A stretch of DNA of 64,000 bases from Candidatus Faecicola pullistercoris (GCA_018714105.1 DVNW01000004.1:2738-66737), one strand, 5' to 3'. Numbered from the stretch's first letter, positions 19,923-29,921 are shown. Numbers and translations: made by a program. The notes: generated by a model from the letters alone, not told the origin.

Positions 19923-20750
19923 TTGTATTATCTTAAAAAGGCTTTTGCCTATGCAAATACAAAATTTTTATGGCTGATTCTGTTATCGGCGCTTCCGGCA
20001 ATCGGTTTGACTTGCTGGTTTTCGCCTTCCCGAATAATTTGGTTTATATGCAATTATTCCCAAGCGGACACCTCCTCGTTTCTGGCCATTTACCGTCAGC
20101 TGGTATGGATGGACTATAAATATTCATGGCTCATGATTATCGCTTTTGCCGTTGTAGCGGTATGCGTTTCCATGATAGTCGGCCTTGTAGACAATCACAT
20201 GCGGACGGGGCAGTTTTCTTTCGGGGCCGAACTTTTTAAAAGCAGAATCAATTATAATATAATTTCGGTATTCAAGTTTCTGATTGCGTGTTTTTGCGTT
20301 TTCGAGCTTTATCTCGTTTTCGCGATTACGCTTATATACCTGTTTTCCAAACTCAGTTACGGCGTCGCGCTCGCTTTTATAATAATTTGCGTGCTCGTAC
20401 TGTGCGCCGCTATGGCTTCGTCTTTTGCGCTTCTTCTCGTCTGGCTTCCTAATATGCTGCATACCGGGCTTTCGTCGTCCAGCGCAATGGAACTGGGCGT
20501 AAGGCAGATTGCGAAAAAATTCGTCGACGTAGCCGTTGCCATAGTTCTGCCTGCCGTGCCCATGTTCATACTTATGGTGGTAAACGGTCTGGTTATTCTG
20601 AAAATAGGTTTTTTACTCGATTGTATACTTTATCTCATAATGGTGGGATATTTTATCGTTCTTTCCGAAACGGTTTTCTTCGAAATCAACGGTATCGAAA
20701 GAGCCGACCTCGAAAAGGTAGATATCTGGAAAAAGTCCTTTAAGGAGTGA
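19923..20750 (+). CDS. Polytopic membrane protein, unknown function
   Basis: The 275-aa ORF has a TTG start after AGAGG and at least six hydrophobic helices. No family was recognised. Confidence 0.6.
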   Translation: MYYLKKAFAYANTKFLWLILLSALPAIGLTCWFSPSRIIWFICNYSQADTSSFLAIYRQLVWMDYKYSWLMIIAFAVVAVCVSMIVGLVDNHMRTGQFSFGAELFKSRINYNIISVFKFLIACFCVFELYLVFAITLIYLFSKLSYGVALAFIIICVLVLCAAMASSFALLLVWLPNMLHTGLSSSSAMELGVRQIAKKFVDVAVAIVLPAVPMFILMVVNGLVILKIGFLLDCILYLIMVGYFIVLSETVFFEINGIERADLEKVDIWKKSFKE

Positions 20751-20754
20751 CGTT

Positions 20755-21720
20755 ATGGAACTTAAAAACACGTTTTCCATCGTATTAAGCAAATTCGGTA
20801 TGGTTTACCGTATTATCATTTACGTCATAATATGTTTGCTTGTGGTCACGGCCATAGGCTCGTGCTTTATCGTTCCGCTGAACAAGATTTTCAATACGAA
20901 CGAAGGTATTTTAGAGCATCTGGCTTTAATCAAAGATACCGTACTCGAATTTTCGGACGGTAACCTGACCATAAACGAGTTTGTAAGCGATATAAAGGAC
21001 GTTATCCTTTCTTTTTACAATTATCTGAAAGTCGATACCAACGTTTTCGCGCTTACCATTGTCATGGTGATAGTCGTATCCGTAGTGTACCGCTTTTTCA
21101 TAGCGTTGAGTTATGTGGCTATAACGGATATTTTCAGCGAATTCATGTTATCCAACATGAGGTACGGCTTTGTTTCCAATTTTATCAAGAACTTTAAAAA
21201 GGGCGTTTCTTATGCCGCGGGTTATACGCTTGTCACCGTGCCTATAGACGTTATAATAGTCTTTGCGTGTTTCGGGGTATTCTTACTGACGTTTAATATT
21301 TTCAGCATTTTGGCCACTACCATTACCGTTATAGTGGCGTTGGTTGTGATAGCGTTAAGGTTGACTTTCTTTTCCGCGGTATTACCCGTTATGGTATCGG
21401 AGGACGAGAACAACTTTTTCAAGGCGCTTAAAAAATCCATGAGCATAGTTAAAATCAACATACACGCTTATTCCCGAAGCATAGGCGTACTGCTGCTTTT
21501 ATATTACGGTGTTACTTCGGTAAGCCTGATACCCACTTTCGGCATACTCAACATAGTTATGACGGCTTTTCTCGCGCTCTCCGTAAGAGTGCTTGAACTG
21601 TGCTATTATTACCGTGTAAAGCGCACAAGATATTACGTTGATTTCAATACGGTAGTGGACCCGTCGCCCTTTATAGAGCGCAAGGATCTGGAAACAGACG
21701 TCAGCGACGAAAACCACTGA
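20755..21720 (+). CDS. Polytopic membrane protein, unknown function (possible distant paralogue of the preceding gene)
   Basis: The 321-aa ORF starts 4 nt after the previous stop. It has a similar helix layout and similar short motifs after helix 2 (MRYGF versus MRTGQF). Confidence 0.6.
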   Translation: MELKNTFSIVLSKFGMVYRIIIYVIICLLVVTAIGSCFIVPLNKIFNTNEGILEHLALIKDTVLEFSDGNLTINEFVSDIKDVILSFYNYLKVDTNVFALTIVMVIVVSVVYRFFIALSYVAITDIFSEFMLSNMRYGFVSNFIKNFKKGVSYAAGYTLVTVPIDVIIVFACFGVFLLTFNIFSILATTITVIVALVVIALRLTFFSAVLPVMVSEDENNFFKALKKSMSIVKINIHAYSRSIGVLLLLYYGVTSVSLIPTFGILNIVMTAFLALSVRVLELCYYYRVKRTRYYVDFNTVVDPSPFIERKDLETDVSDENH

Positions 21721-21740
21721 ATATTTCCGATATTATAAAA

Positions 21741-21764
21741 CCCCGCACACCGTGCGGGGTTTTT
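21741..21764. terminator. Bidirectional terminator between convergent genes
   Basis: The stem is CCCCGCA / TGCGGGG, with AAAA upstream and TTTTT downstream. Confidence 0.8.
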
Positions 21765-21777
21765 GTTTAATGTTTTA

Positions 21778-22944
21778 TCAGAGACCGATAACCCTGACCT
21801 TGTAAACTTTGTCGAGAGCTTCTATATCTTTTACCAGGCTGGGGTAGATGTCGCTGTCGGTACCTATCATGATATACGCGCTGTTTTTACCCGTGCTGCT
21901 GTTGACCGCGGTAAGATGTACGTTGTCGCGTCCGAGCAGTTCGTTTACGGAGGGCATTACTTCGTTGATATTTTCGGCGAGGATACATATTCTGTATCTG
22001 CCGGTGCGGGGAGCGTAAAGTCCGGGGAAGTTAACGCTGTTGCGGATATTGCCGTTTTCAAGGTAATCGGCAATTTCACCGGCGGCCATCACGGCGCAAT
22101 TGTCTTCGGCTTCGGGAGTAGACGCTCCGAGGTGAGGAACGGTTATCACGTTTTCTACGTCGATAAGTTCTTCGGTGGGGAAATCGCAAACGTATTTGGC
22201 TACGTCGCCGTTTTTTACCGCCGTAATCATATCGGCGTTGTTTACCAGTTCGCCGCGCGCAAGATTTATTACGTTTACGCTTTTTTTCATCATGGAAAAG
22301 GCCTCTTTGTTAATCATGTATTTGGTTGCGGGCGTGTAGGGCACGTGAATCGTGATGTAGTCGCTTTTCGCGTAAAGTTCGCCTATATCGTCGGTAAAAG
22401 TAACTTTGCCTTCAAGCCTGTGCGCGGTATCGGGATTGAGGAAGGGATCAAAGCCGTAAACCTCCATGCCTAGCGCGTAAACGGCTTCGGCGACCAGCGC
22501 GCCTATTGCGCCCACTCCTATGATGCCCAGGGTTTTTCCCGTAATCTCGCGGCCTACGAAACGGGCTTTATTCTTTTCAACAAGCGCGGGTATTTCCTCG
22601 CCTTTGCCTTTTTGCTGTTTAACCCATTCGACGGCGCCGGTAATGTTTCTGCCGCACAGGAGCAGGGAGGTAAGAACGAGTTCCTTTACGGCGTTGGCGT
22701 TTGCGCCCGGCGTATTGAAAACGACTATACCTTTCCTGACGTAATCGGCGTGGGGGATATTGTTAACGCCCGCGCCCGCACGGCCTACCGCAACGAGATT
22801 TTCGTTTACTTCGTAGTTGTGCATGTCTGCGCTTCTTACGAGTATTGCGTCGGGATTATGAACTTTATCGCCGACTTCGTATTCGCCGTTAAACACGTTA
22901 TTGATTTTATCGCTGATTTTGTTTAATTTTAAAATCTTATACAT
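21778..22944 (-). CDS. serA: D-3-phosphoglycerate dehydrogenase with a C-terminal ACT domain
   Basis: The 388-aa protein has the 2-hydroxyacid dehydrogenase NAD-binding site GIIGVGAIG. It lies immediately downstream of serC. Confidence 0.85.
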   Translation of the reverse strand: MYKILKLNKISDKINNVFNGEYEVGDKVHNPDAILVRSADMHNYEVNENLVAVGRAGAGVNNIPHADYVRKGIVVFNTPGANANAVKELVLTSLLLCGRNITGAVEWVKQQKGKGEEIPALVEKNKARFVGREITGKTLGIIGVGAIGALVAEAVYALGMEVYGFDPFLNPDTAHRLEGKVTFTDDIGELYAKSDYITIHVPYTPATKYMINKEAFSMMKKSVNVINLARGELVNNADMITAVKNGDVAKYVCDFPTEELIDVENVITVPHLGASTPEAEDNCAVMAAGEIADYLENGNIRNSVNFPGLYAPRTGRYRICILAENINEVMPSVNELLGRDNVHLTAVNSSTGKNSAYIMIGTDSDIYPSLVKDIEALDKVYKVRVIGL

Positions 22945-22952
22945 TTTGCACC

Positions 22953-24032
22953 TTACTTATTTTCAAGTTCGAACTTTTGCATGAAAGCTATAAGAGCCTT
23001 AGTGCCTTCTACCGGCATTCCGTTGTACATCGAGGCGCGCATTCCGCCCACAAGACGATGGCCTTTCAAAGCGATAAGTCCCGCCGATTCGGCTTCTTTG
23101 ACGAATTTGGCGTCAAGCTCCTGCGAAGGGGTTGTAAAGGGTACGTTCACGAGCGAGCGGTCCTTTTTGACAACGCTGTTTTTGTAAAACGCGGAATTGT
23201 CGATAAAGTCGTACAGCATATCGGATTTAAGGGTATTCATTTCCTCCATTGCCGCTACGCCGCCGCATTTTTTAATCCATCTGAGGTTAAGCGTGGCCAT
23301 AAAAATACAGAAGCAGGGCGGAGTATTGTAAAGGCTGTTGTTTTTGGCCTGGGTGGAATACTTCATCATTGTGGGACACAGGGGCATTTCATGGCCGATC
23401 AGGTCCTTTCTTACAATCACAACCGTAAGGCCTGCGGGGGCTACGTTCTTTTGCGCGCCCGCGTAAATCAGACCGTAGTCGCTTACGTCGGCCTGCTGTG
23501 CGAGTATGGACGACGACATATCGGCTACCAGTACGGCGTCGGTACGCGGTATGCTGTCTTTTTTATAGGCCGTACCGAAAATGGTATTATTTGACGTGAT
23601 GTGTATATAATCGATGTCTTGTCTGAAACGGATTTCAGAGACGTCGGGGATATAAGTGAAGTTTTTGTCTTCGCTTGTAGCCTGGCATACTATATCGCCG
23701 TATTTTATGGCTTCCATATAGGCTTTTTTGGAGAAATTGCCCGTAACGACGTAATCGGCTTTACCTTTAACCAGCAGGTTGAGCGGTACCGCTTCGAACT
23801 GCAGGGAAGCGCCTCCCTGAAGAAGCAGAATTTCGTAATTGTCGGGAACGGCCATAAGCTCGCGTATCAGCGCGATACATTCGTTATGCACGGCGTCGTA
23901 GGCTTTGCTTCTGTGGCTGATTTCCATAATGCTCACGCCCGTGCCGGCAAAGTCGAACATTTGTTGCTTCGCGGCCTCCAGAACCTCGTCGGAAAGTGCG
24001 GAAGGGCCGGCTGCAAAGTTATAAACCTTCAT
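22953..24032 (-). CDS. serC: Phosphoserine aminotransferase
   Basis: The N-terminus is MKVYNFAAGPSALSDEVL and the protein is 359 aa. Its layout is that of a class V aminotransferase. Confidence 0.9.
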   Translation of the reverse strand: MKVYNFAAGPSALSDEVLEAAKQQMFDFAGTGVSIMEISHRSKAYDAVHNECIALIRELMAVPDNYEILLLQGGASLQFEAVPLNLLVKGKADYVVTGNFSKKAYMEAIKYGDIVCQATSEDKNFTYIPDVSEIRFRQDIDYIHITSNNTIFGTAYKKDSIPRTDAVLVADMSSSILAQQADVSDYGLIYAGAQKNVAPAGLTVVIVRKDLIGHEMPLCPTMMKYSTQAKNNSLYNTPPCFCIFMATLNLRWIKKCGGVAAMEEMNTLKSDMLYDFIDNSAFYKNSVVKKDRSLVNVPFTTPSQELDAKFVKEAESAGLIALKGHRLVGGMRASMYNGMPVEGTKALIAFMQKFELENK

Positions 24033-24225
24033 ATATATCTCCTAAAAATTTATTTCGAAAACAAAAGTGATAAATCTTTATCGCCGTATAATAAAATTAT
24101 ATTAATTATACATCATAAACGCGCATACAGCAAGTAAATAACGGACAAAATGCATCAAAAATCGGATAAATAAGCCTTTGTATAAAAAATGCTTAATCAA
24201 GCACAATAACACAAAGGAGAACATT

Positions 24226-24933
24226 ATGAAAGCTATCATTATGGCAGGCGGAAAAGGCGAACGGCTGAGACCTCTTACGGATAAAATGCCCAAGCCCATG
24301 CTGCCCATGGTCAACAAGCCTATAATAGAATATATAATAGAACTTCTGAAAAAAAGCGACATAACGGATATTGCCGTAACGCTCGGGTACAAGCCCGAAA
24401 AAATCATAAGCGCGCTGGGCGACGGCGGCAGGTACGGCGTAAGACTGAATTATTTTCTGGAAACTCAGCCTATGGGTACTGCGGGCGGAGTTAAGAACTG
24501 TTCGTCTTTCATAAACGAGGATTTTGTCGTGGTATCCGGGGACGCGTTTACCTCGGTAGACCTTTCGGAAATGATAAGATTCCATTTCAAAAAGGGCGGT
24601 CTGGGTACGATTTGCGTAAAAGAAGTAGACGACGTAAGCGGGTTCGGCGTGGTGACTTTCGGACCCGACGGTCGAATAACTGATTTCGTGGAAAAACCGG
24701 AAAGCAGCACGGAAAAACACGTTAATACAGGTATTTATGTGTTTAAACCCGATATTCTGAATATGATACCTTGCGGTTTTTACGACTTCGGTCGCAACCT
24801 TTTTCCGAAAATCAAGGACAGCCTTTATGCCTACGAAACGCGCGAATACTGGAACGATATAGGCACGCTGAAAAATTACTACAAAACAAATCTTCACATT
24901 GTGGATAACGGGCTTTATCTCAACCGCAGCTGA
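24226..24933 (+). CDS. Sugar-phosphate nucleotidyltransferase (mannose-1-P guanylyl / glucose-1-P thymidylyl-transferase-like)
   Basis: The N-terminus is MKAIIMAGGKGERLRPLTDKMPKPMLP. The ATG at 24226 lies 5 nt after AAAGGAGA, so the upstream part of the ORF from 24178 is rejected. Confidence 0.85.
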   Translation: MKAIIMAGGKGERLRPLTDKMPKPMLPMVNKPIIEYIIELLKKSDITDIAVTLGYKPEKIISALGDGGRYGVRLNYFLETQPMGTAGGVKNCSSFINEDFVVVSGDAFTSVDLSEMIRFHFKKGGLGTICVKEVDDVSGFGVVTFGPDGRITDFVEKPESSTEKHVNTGIYVFKPDILNMIPCGFYDFGRNLFPKIKDSLYAYETREYWNDIGTLKNYYKTNLHIVDNGLYLNRS

Positions 24934-24952
24934 ACCGCTTATGCGGTTTTTT
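24933..24952 (+). terminator. Terminator after the nucleotidyltransferase gene
   Basis: The stem is AACCGC, loop TTAT, then GCGGTT followed by TTTT. Confidence 0.7.
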
Positions 24953-25033
24953 CGTTTGCGCCGCTTTCCTTTCGCTTGCAATTTTTTTTATAATATATTA
25001 TACTGTTTAAGAATATAATTGCGGAGTTTTATT

Positions 25034-26689
25034 TTGGCTAAGGAAAAGCTTTTAAAAGTAATGTTTCTGGGCGGAGTAGGAGAAATCGGCAAAAACATGA
25101 CCGCTCTGGAATACGGCGACAGCATCATTCTTATTGACGCGGGGATGTCTTTCCCCACGGAGGATACTCCCGGCATAGATCTTATCGTTCCCGATATTTC
25201 CTATATCAAATCTAACAAGGAAAAACTTAAAGGAATAGTAATCACTCACGGCCACGAAGACCATATCGGCGGCCTCGCTTATGTACTGGAAGAAGTGGCT
25301 GCTCCCGTATACGGTACCGCGTTTACTCTCGGAGTGGCTTCGCACAAGCTGGAGGAACGCAAAATTTCTTCCGATTGTCTTCACGTGGTAGAGGAAAACA
25401 GCTCGGTAAAAATCGGTTGCTTCGAAGTCGAGTTCATAAAAGTCTGCCACAGCATAGCGGGTGCGTCGGCTCTGGCCGTATCCACGCCTGTGGGCACTGT
25501 TTTCGTTACGGGCGATTTCAAAATGGATTATACGCCTATAGACGGTAAACTTACTAATATCGAGCGTATTACCAAAATAGGTTCAAAAGGCGTGCTTCTC
25601 ATGCTCGGCGAAAGCACCAACGTCGAAAAGGAAGGGCATTCGAAAAGCGAAAGCAAAGTCGCCGCGTCCCTTGAAACCCTTTTTAACACTCACAGGGAAA
25701 ACAGACTTATCGTAGCCACTTTCGCTTCCAACAATTACCGCGTTCAGACACTTCTTAATCTGGCGGGAAAATACGGCAGAAAGGTTGTTTTCAGCGGAAG
25801 AAGCATGAAATATATTTCCGAAATGGCAGTCGGAATAAACGAGCTCACTTTCGACCCCGATATAGTTATCGAGCCCGAAAAGGCCAATAAACTTCCGCCG
25901 GAAAAAGTGCTTGTTATATGCACGGGTACTCAGGGCGAGCCCTTTTCGGCACTTTCCAAGATGTCGCAGGGAGAGTTTAACCGCATAAGCGTCGGCGTGG
26001 GGGATACCGTCGTGCTCAGCTCCTCCCCGATACCCGGAAACGAAAGAATGATTTACAGCGTCATAAACAATCTTTACAGGCGCGGCGCCGAAGTCATTTA
26101 CGACGCGATGAACGATATTCACGCCACCGGCCACGCTTTTAAGGAAGAACTCAAACTTATGCTCCAAATGGTGCGCCCGACTTATTTCGTTCCCGTTCAC
26201 GGCGAATACCGTCATCTTGTAAAGCACGCTCAGCTGGCGCGTTCGGTCGGCATTCCGGACGAACGCATAAAAATACCTCAGTTGGGAATGACTGTCGCCG
26301 TTAATAAAAAGGAATTCAAACAGCTCAGTAACATACCCGCAGGCCGCTGCTTTATAGACGGAAGCAATTTAGGCGATAACGCCGACGGCATAATACGCGA
26401 CAGAATGACTTTGGCGCAGGAGGGGTTTGTAATCGTTTTTGCAACCGTATGCCTGAAAACCGGCGAAATCATTGCGGGTCCGGATATAATTATGCGAGGC
26501 ATTACCATGAGCGAGTCTCACGTGGAAGAAGCGAAAGAAGCCGTTGTTCAGGCTATTAAAAAGATAGATTTTACCACGGTCGAGGATTATACCGACGTTA
26601 AAACAGCCGTTAGGAAAGCGCTTAAAAAGTTTATTTCGGGCTGTGTAAAACAGTATCCTATGGTAGTACCCGTAATAATCGAAGGCTGA
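25034..26689 (+). CDS. rnj: Ribonuclease J
   Basis: The beta-lactamase/beta-CASP motifs GGVGEIGKNM and ITHGHEDHIGG are present, with about 550 aa in total. The start is uncertain: the TTG at 25034 lies 8 nt after GGAG, and alternatives are the TTG at 25019 or the ATG at 25061. Confidence 0.9.
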   Translation: MAKEKLLKVMFLGGVGEIGKNMTALEYGDSIILIDAGMSFPTEDTPGIDLIVPDISYIKSNKEKLKGIVITHGHEDHIGGLAYVLEEVAAPVYGTAFTLGVASHKLEERKISSDCLHVVEENSSVKIGCFEVEFIKVCHSIAGASALAVSTPVGTVFVTGDFKMDYTPIDGKLTNIERITKIGSKGVLLMLGESTNVEKEGHSKSESKVAASLETLFNTHRENRLIVATFASNNYRVQTLLNLAGKYGRKVVFSGRSMKYISEMAVGINELTFDPDIVIEPEKANKLPPEKVLVICTGTQGEPFSALSKMSQGEFNRISVGVGDTVVLSSSPIPGNERMIYSVINNLYRRGAEVIYDAMNDIHATGHAFKEELKLMLQMVRPTYFVPVHGEYRHLVKHAQLARSVGIPDERIKIPQLGMTVAVNKKEFKQLSNIPAGRCFIDGSNLGDNADGIIRDRMTLAQEGFVIVFATVCLKTGEIIAGPDIIMRGITMSESHVEEAKEAVVQAIKKIDFTTVEDYTDVKTAVRKALKKFISGCVKQYPMVVPVIIEG

Positions 26690-27279
26690 TGTACGAAAAT
26701 ATTTACGAGTTACAGAAGGAATACGCCGCGCAAAACGGCGTGCCCGTCATGACCGACGAGGGAATAGCCCTGCTTCAGACCGCCGTTGCGGCCGTAGCGC
26801 CCGCCGCGATACTTGAAATAGGTACGGCCATAGGTTACAGCGGGCTAAGAATGCTGGAAGCGGCCCCGTCGGGCGCCAGACTATATACCGTGGAACTCGA
26901 CGCGGTAAGAGCGGAAAAGGCCAGGGAATATTTCAGGTCTGCGGGCGTATACGACAGGGTTGAAATATGGGAGGGCGACGCTGCCGAAGTGCTTGCATAT
27001 GCCGAGGGCAGATTCGACTTTATAATGCTCGACGGGCCCAAAGGACATTACGACAGGTATTTTTACGATATCGACAGGCTTCTGAAACCGGGCGGAGTGC
27101 TTTTTGCCGACAACGTGTCGTTCAAGGGGAAAAGGCATATCGAAGGAACGCCCGAGCACAAACACCGCACTATAATAAATTCGCTTAACGCTTTTCTTCA
27201 AAAGGTAAACGGCGGCGATTATTTCACCGTTACTCTGGAAACCGGCGACGGAATATCGCTAAGCGTCAAAAAAAGATAA
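26689..27279 (+). CDS. Class I SAM-dependent O-methyltransferase (YrrM/TrmR-like)
   Basis: The 196-aa protein has the SAM-binding stretch ILEIGTAIGYS. Its ATG overlaps the rnj stop (TGATG). It is followed by a U32 peptidase gene, as in the B. subtilis yrrMNO locus. Confidence 0.75.
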   Translation: MYENIYELQKEYAAQNGVPVMTDEGIALLQTAVAAVAPAAILEIGTAIGYSGLRMLEAAPSGARLYTVELDAVRAEKAREYFRSAGVYDRVEIWEGDAAEVLAYAEGRFDFIMLDGPKGHYDRYFYDIDRLLKPGGVLFADNVSFKGKRHIEGTPEHKHRTIINSLNAFLQKVNGGDYFTVTLETGDGISLSVKKR

Positions 27280-27280
27280 T

Positions 27281-28498
27281 ATGGCAGAACTTCTCGCTCC
27301 CGCAGGGAACAGGCAAAAACTCGATACGGCATTTCATTTCGGCGCCGACGCGGTATACATCGGAGGCGGCAGTTTCGGTTTGCGCGCCTATGCGGAAAAT
27401 TTTTCGCCCGAGGAAATGGCAGACGCGGTTAAATTTGCCCGTTCTATTGGTAAAAAGGTTTACGTTACCGTAAACATTTTCGCGTCGGACAGGGATTTCG
27501 CGCCGCTTAGGGACTATATAGCCTTTTTGAAAACCGTCGGCGTTGACGCTTTTATCGTCACCGACCCCGGCGTTATCGGACTTTGTAAGAAGATTGCGCC
27601 CGAAATCGAGCTGCATCTTTCCACGCAGGCCAACACTACAAATCTGTATTCGGTCAAGTTCTGGGCCTCGCAAGGCGTAAGAAGGGTCAACCTTGCAAGA
27701 GAACTGTCGCTGGATGAAGTAAAGGAAATCAAAGACGCCGTGGGCGACGGTACGGAAATAGAGGTATTCGTGCACGGAGCCATGTGTATTTCGTACAGCG
27801 GCAGATGCCTTCTCAGCAGCTATCTTACCGACCGCGACAGCAACAGAGGCGAATGCGTTCAGGCTTGCAGATGGGAATACGCCATTGCCGAAAAAAGCAG
27901 ACGGGAGAATCCTCTTACCATAACCGAGGACGACAGAGGAACATATATTTTAAACAGCAAAGACATGAATATGCTTGCACATATCGGCAAACTTCTCGAT
28001 GCGGGAGTCGATTCCCTGAAAATCGAGGGCAGAATGAAGTCCGAGTATTACGTGGGCGGCGCGGTTAACGCTTACCGCCGAGCCCTGAATTTATACCAAA
28101 CCGCAGGCGGTAAGGATTTTACAGTTCCTGCCGAGCTCATAAACGAGCTTGAGAAAATCAGCCACAGAGGTTATACTCCCGGGCTGTATTTCGGAAGAGA
28201 AAACAGCGTCTGTTCCGATACTTCCAAGCCCGAGTGCGGGTACAAATTCATTGCGCAGGTGCTGAAGTACGACGAGGATAAAAAGGCCGTCAAAGTCGAA
28301 CAGAGAAACCGTTTCAGAGTCGGGGACAAACTCGAAATACTATCGGCAGACGAAAACTTCAACAAAACTATTAAAGTGCAAAACATGTACGACGAGCAGG
28401 GCAACGCGGTTACCGATGCGAAACTCGTACAGCAGACGCTGTATATACCCTGCGAATACAGGCTTGAAAAATACGATATTCTGAGAAAGGCGGATTAA
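27281..28498 (+). CDS. Peptidase U32 family protein (YrrO/TrhP-like)
   Basis: The N-terminus is MAELLAPAGN..AFHFGADAVYIGG and the protein is 405 aa. The motif E..VHGAMCISYSGRC is conserved. Confidence 0.85.
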   Translation: MAELLAPAGNRQKLDTAFHFGADAVYIGGGSFGLRAYAENFSPEEMADAVKFARSIGKKVYVTVNIFASDRDFAPLRDYIAFLKTVGVDAFIVTDPGVIGLCKKIAPEIELHLSTQANTTNLYSVKFWASQGVRRVNLARELSLDEVKEIKDAVGDGTEIEVFVHGAMCISYSGRCLLSSYLTDRDSNRGECVQACRWEYAIAEKSRRENPLTITEDDRGTYILNSKDMNMLAHIGKLLDAGVDSLKIEGRMKSEYYVGGAVNAYRRALNLYQTAGGKDFTVPAELINELEKISHRGYTPGLYFGRENSVCSDTSKPECGYKFIAQVLKYDEDKKAVKVEQRNRFRVGDKLEILSADENFNKTIKVQNMYDEQGNAVTDAKLVQQTLYIPCEYRLEKYDILRKAD

Positions 28499-28500
28499 AT

Positions 28501-29625
28501 ATGAAAATTAAAAAAACCATTTTAATTCTTACGTCCGAACACAAAAAAAACAAGGGAATCGACGATTTGAAAGAGTATCTTAACAAATACTTCGACGATT
28601 TCGACGTATTTATTATCGACGAAAACCAGACCGGCGGAAAAGGCGCCGCAAAAAGACGCTCAGACATAAACAGATTTTTTATACAGAATTACGGCGGCGA
28701 GCTTTCGCCCCGCGCTTTTATAGAAGAAAAAATCCGTTCGTTCAGGGCAGAGGCGGGTATCAAGCATAGCGCCAAGTCGCAGGAACGCGTTAAAAACGCC
28801 ATGCTCAGATTTAATCCCGAGTCCGTGCTTGCCACTACGCCCGAGATGCTGTATTACGCGGTCGAGGCCAAAAAGCGGGAGGACCTTTCCTGCAAGGTTA
28901 TAGGACTTGTAAACTCTTTTACTTTCGACAAGCGTTATTTCAACGCTGCGGCCGACGGTTACATAGTTGCAAATATGCAGGTTAAAAATCAGATTACGGG
29001 TATGGGTTATCCGTCTGCCGACGTCAAAGTTCTGGGCCTGCCTATGAAATACGCCAGCTATTCCACCGAGCAGGTTGTTGCCGCCAAAAAGGAGCTGGGA
29101 CTTGCCGATAAACCCACGGTTTATCTTTGCGGCGGGATGTACGGAAACGGCAATATAGCCAACATTTACAAATTGCTTACCGACCAGGGCGAATATATTA
29201 ACCTTATCGTCGATTGCGGTCAGAACGGCAGGCTGTACAACAAGTTTCTGAAAGACGCAGAAAACAGAAAACTTCAGAACGTAAAAATATATCACAACAC
29301 CGAAGAGACCGACAGCCTTCTTACGGCAAGCGATATAGTAATAACTACCTATTGCGTCGATTTTATAAATAACTGTCTTCTCAGGACTTTGCCCGTAATA
29401 GCGGTCAGTCCTATGGACGAGCGGGAGGAAAGGGAGTTTTCTTATCTGGAGGAAAACGATCTTGTTCTTTACGCGCGCGACACGAATCAGGTTATTACCT
29501 ATATGTACAAAATCATACAGGACGGTATAGGAGTGCGGCTTATAGACGGCGCAAAGCTGAATATGAATACCAATTCGCTTTTCGACGTTTCCAACTATTT
29601 GACGCTAACCGTTAATGCGGACTGA
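28501..29625 (+). CDS. Divergent MGDG-synthase/UgtP-like (GT28-type, GT-B fold) protein, probably non-canonical
   Basis: By-eye collinearity with processive diacylglycerol glycosyltransferases is visible at DGYIVAN, KVLGLPM, KPTVYLCGGMYGNGNI and LIVDCGQNGRLY. The nucleotide-sugar motifs are not conserved. Confidence 0.45.
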   Translation: MKIKKTILILTSEHKKNKGIDDLKEYLNKYFDDFDVFIIDENQTGGKGAAKRRSDINRFFIQNYGGELSPRAFIEEKIRSFRAEAGIKHSAKSQERVKNAMLRFNPESVLATTPEMLYYAVEAKKREDLSCKVIGLVNSFTFDKRYFNAAADGYIVANMQVKNQITGMGYPSADVKVLGLPMKYASYSTEQVVAAKKELGLADKPTVYLCGGMYGNGNIANIYKLLTDQGEYINLIVDCGQNGRLYNKFLKDAENRKLQNVKIYHNTEETDSLLTASDIVITTYCVDFINNCLLRTLPVIAVSPMDEREEREFSYLEENDLVLYARDTNQVITYMYKIIQDGIGVRLIDGAKLNMNTNSLFDVSNYLTLTVNAD

Positions 29626-29633
29626 GGTTTGAT

Positions 29634-29921
29634 ATGCTTAAACACGTTGTAATGTACAGGCTGAAAGACAAAACACCCGAAGTCATAAAAACAATTAAAA
29701 CCAATTTTGCAGGTATGGAAGGCAAAATACCCGGGCTTATCAAGGTGGAAAGCGGCGAGGACGTCCTGAGGAGCGCAAGGAGTTTCGACTACTGCCTTGT
29801 GTGCGTATTTGACGGAAGGGCAAGTCTTGAAGCGTATCAGACGCACCCTGCACATCTGCCGGTCAAGGCCTTTATGAAGACCGTGGTGGAAAGTTCCGTA
29901 GCCGTTGATTTTGAATTTTAA
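29634..29921 (+). CDS. Dabb (stress-responsive alpha/beta-barrel) domain protein
   Basis: The 95-aa protein has MLKHVVMYRLKD near the start and AYQTHPAHLPVKAF near the end. Confidence 0.75.
   Translation: MLKHVVMYRLKDKTPEVIKTIKTNFAGMEGKIPGLIKVESGEDVLRSARSFDYCLVCVFDGRASLEAYQTHPAHLPVKAFMKTVVESSVAVDFEF

Noticed and set aside
21763-22473. A 236-aa + strand ORF overlapping serA, and similar + strand ORFs over serC (22977-23594, 23601-24137).
   Set aside because: These are antisense to clearly recognisable serA and serC and have no motifs or translation signals.
24189-24202. A small palindrome (TGCTTAATCAAGCA) upstream of the nucleotidyltransferase gene, considered as a possible operator.
   Set aside because: The arms are only 5 bp and the region is AT-rich, so chance occurrence is likely. 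No second copy or associated regulator is in the window.
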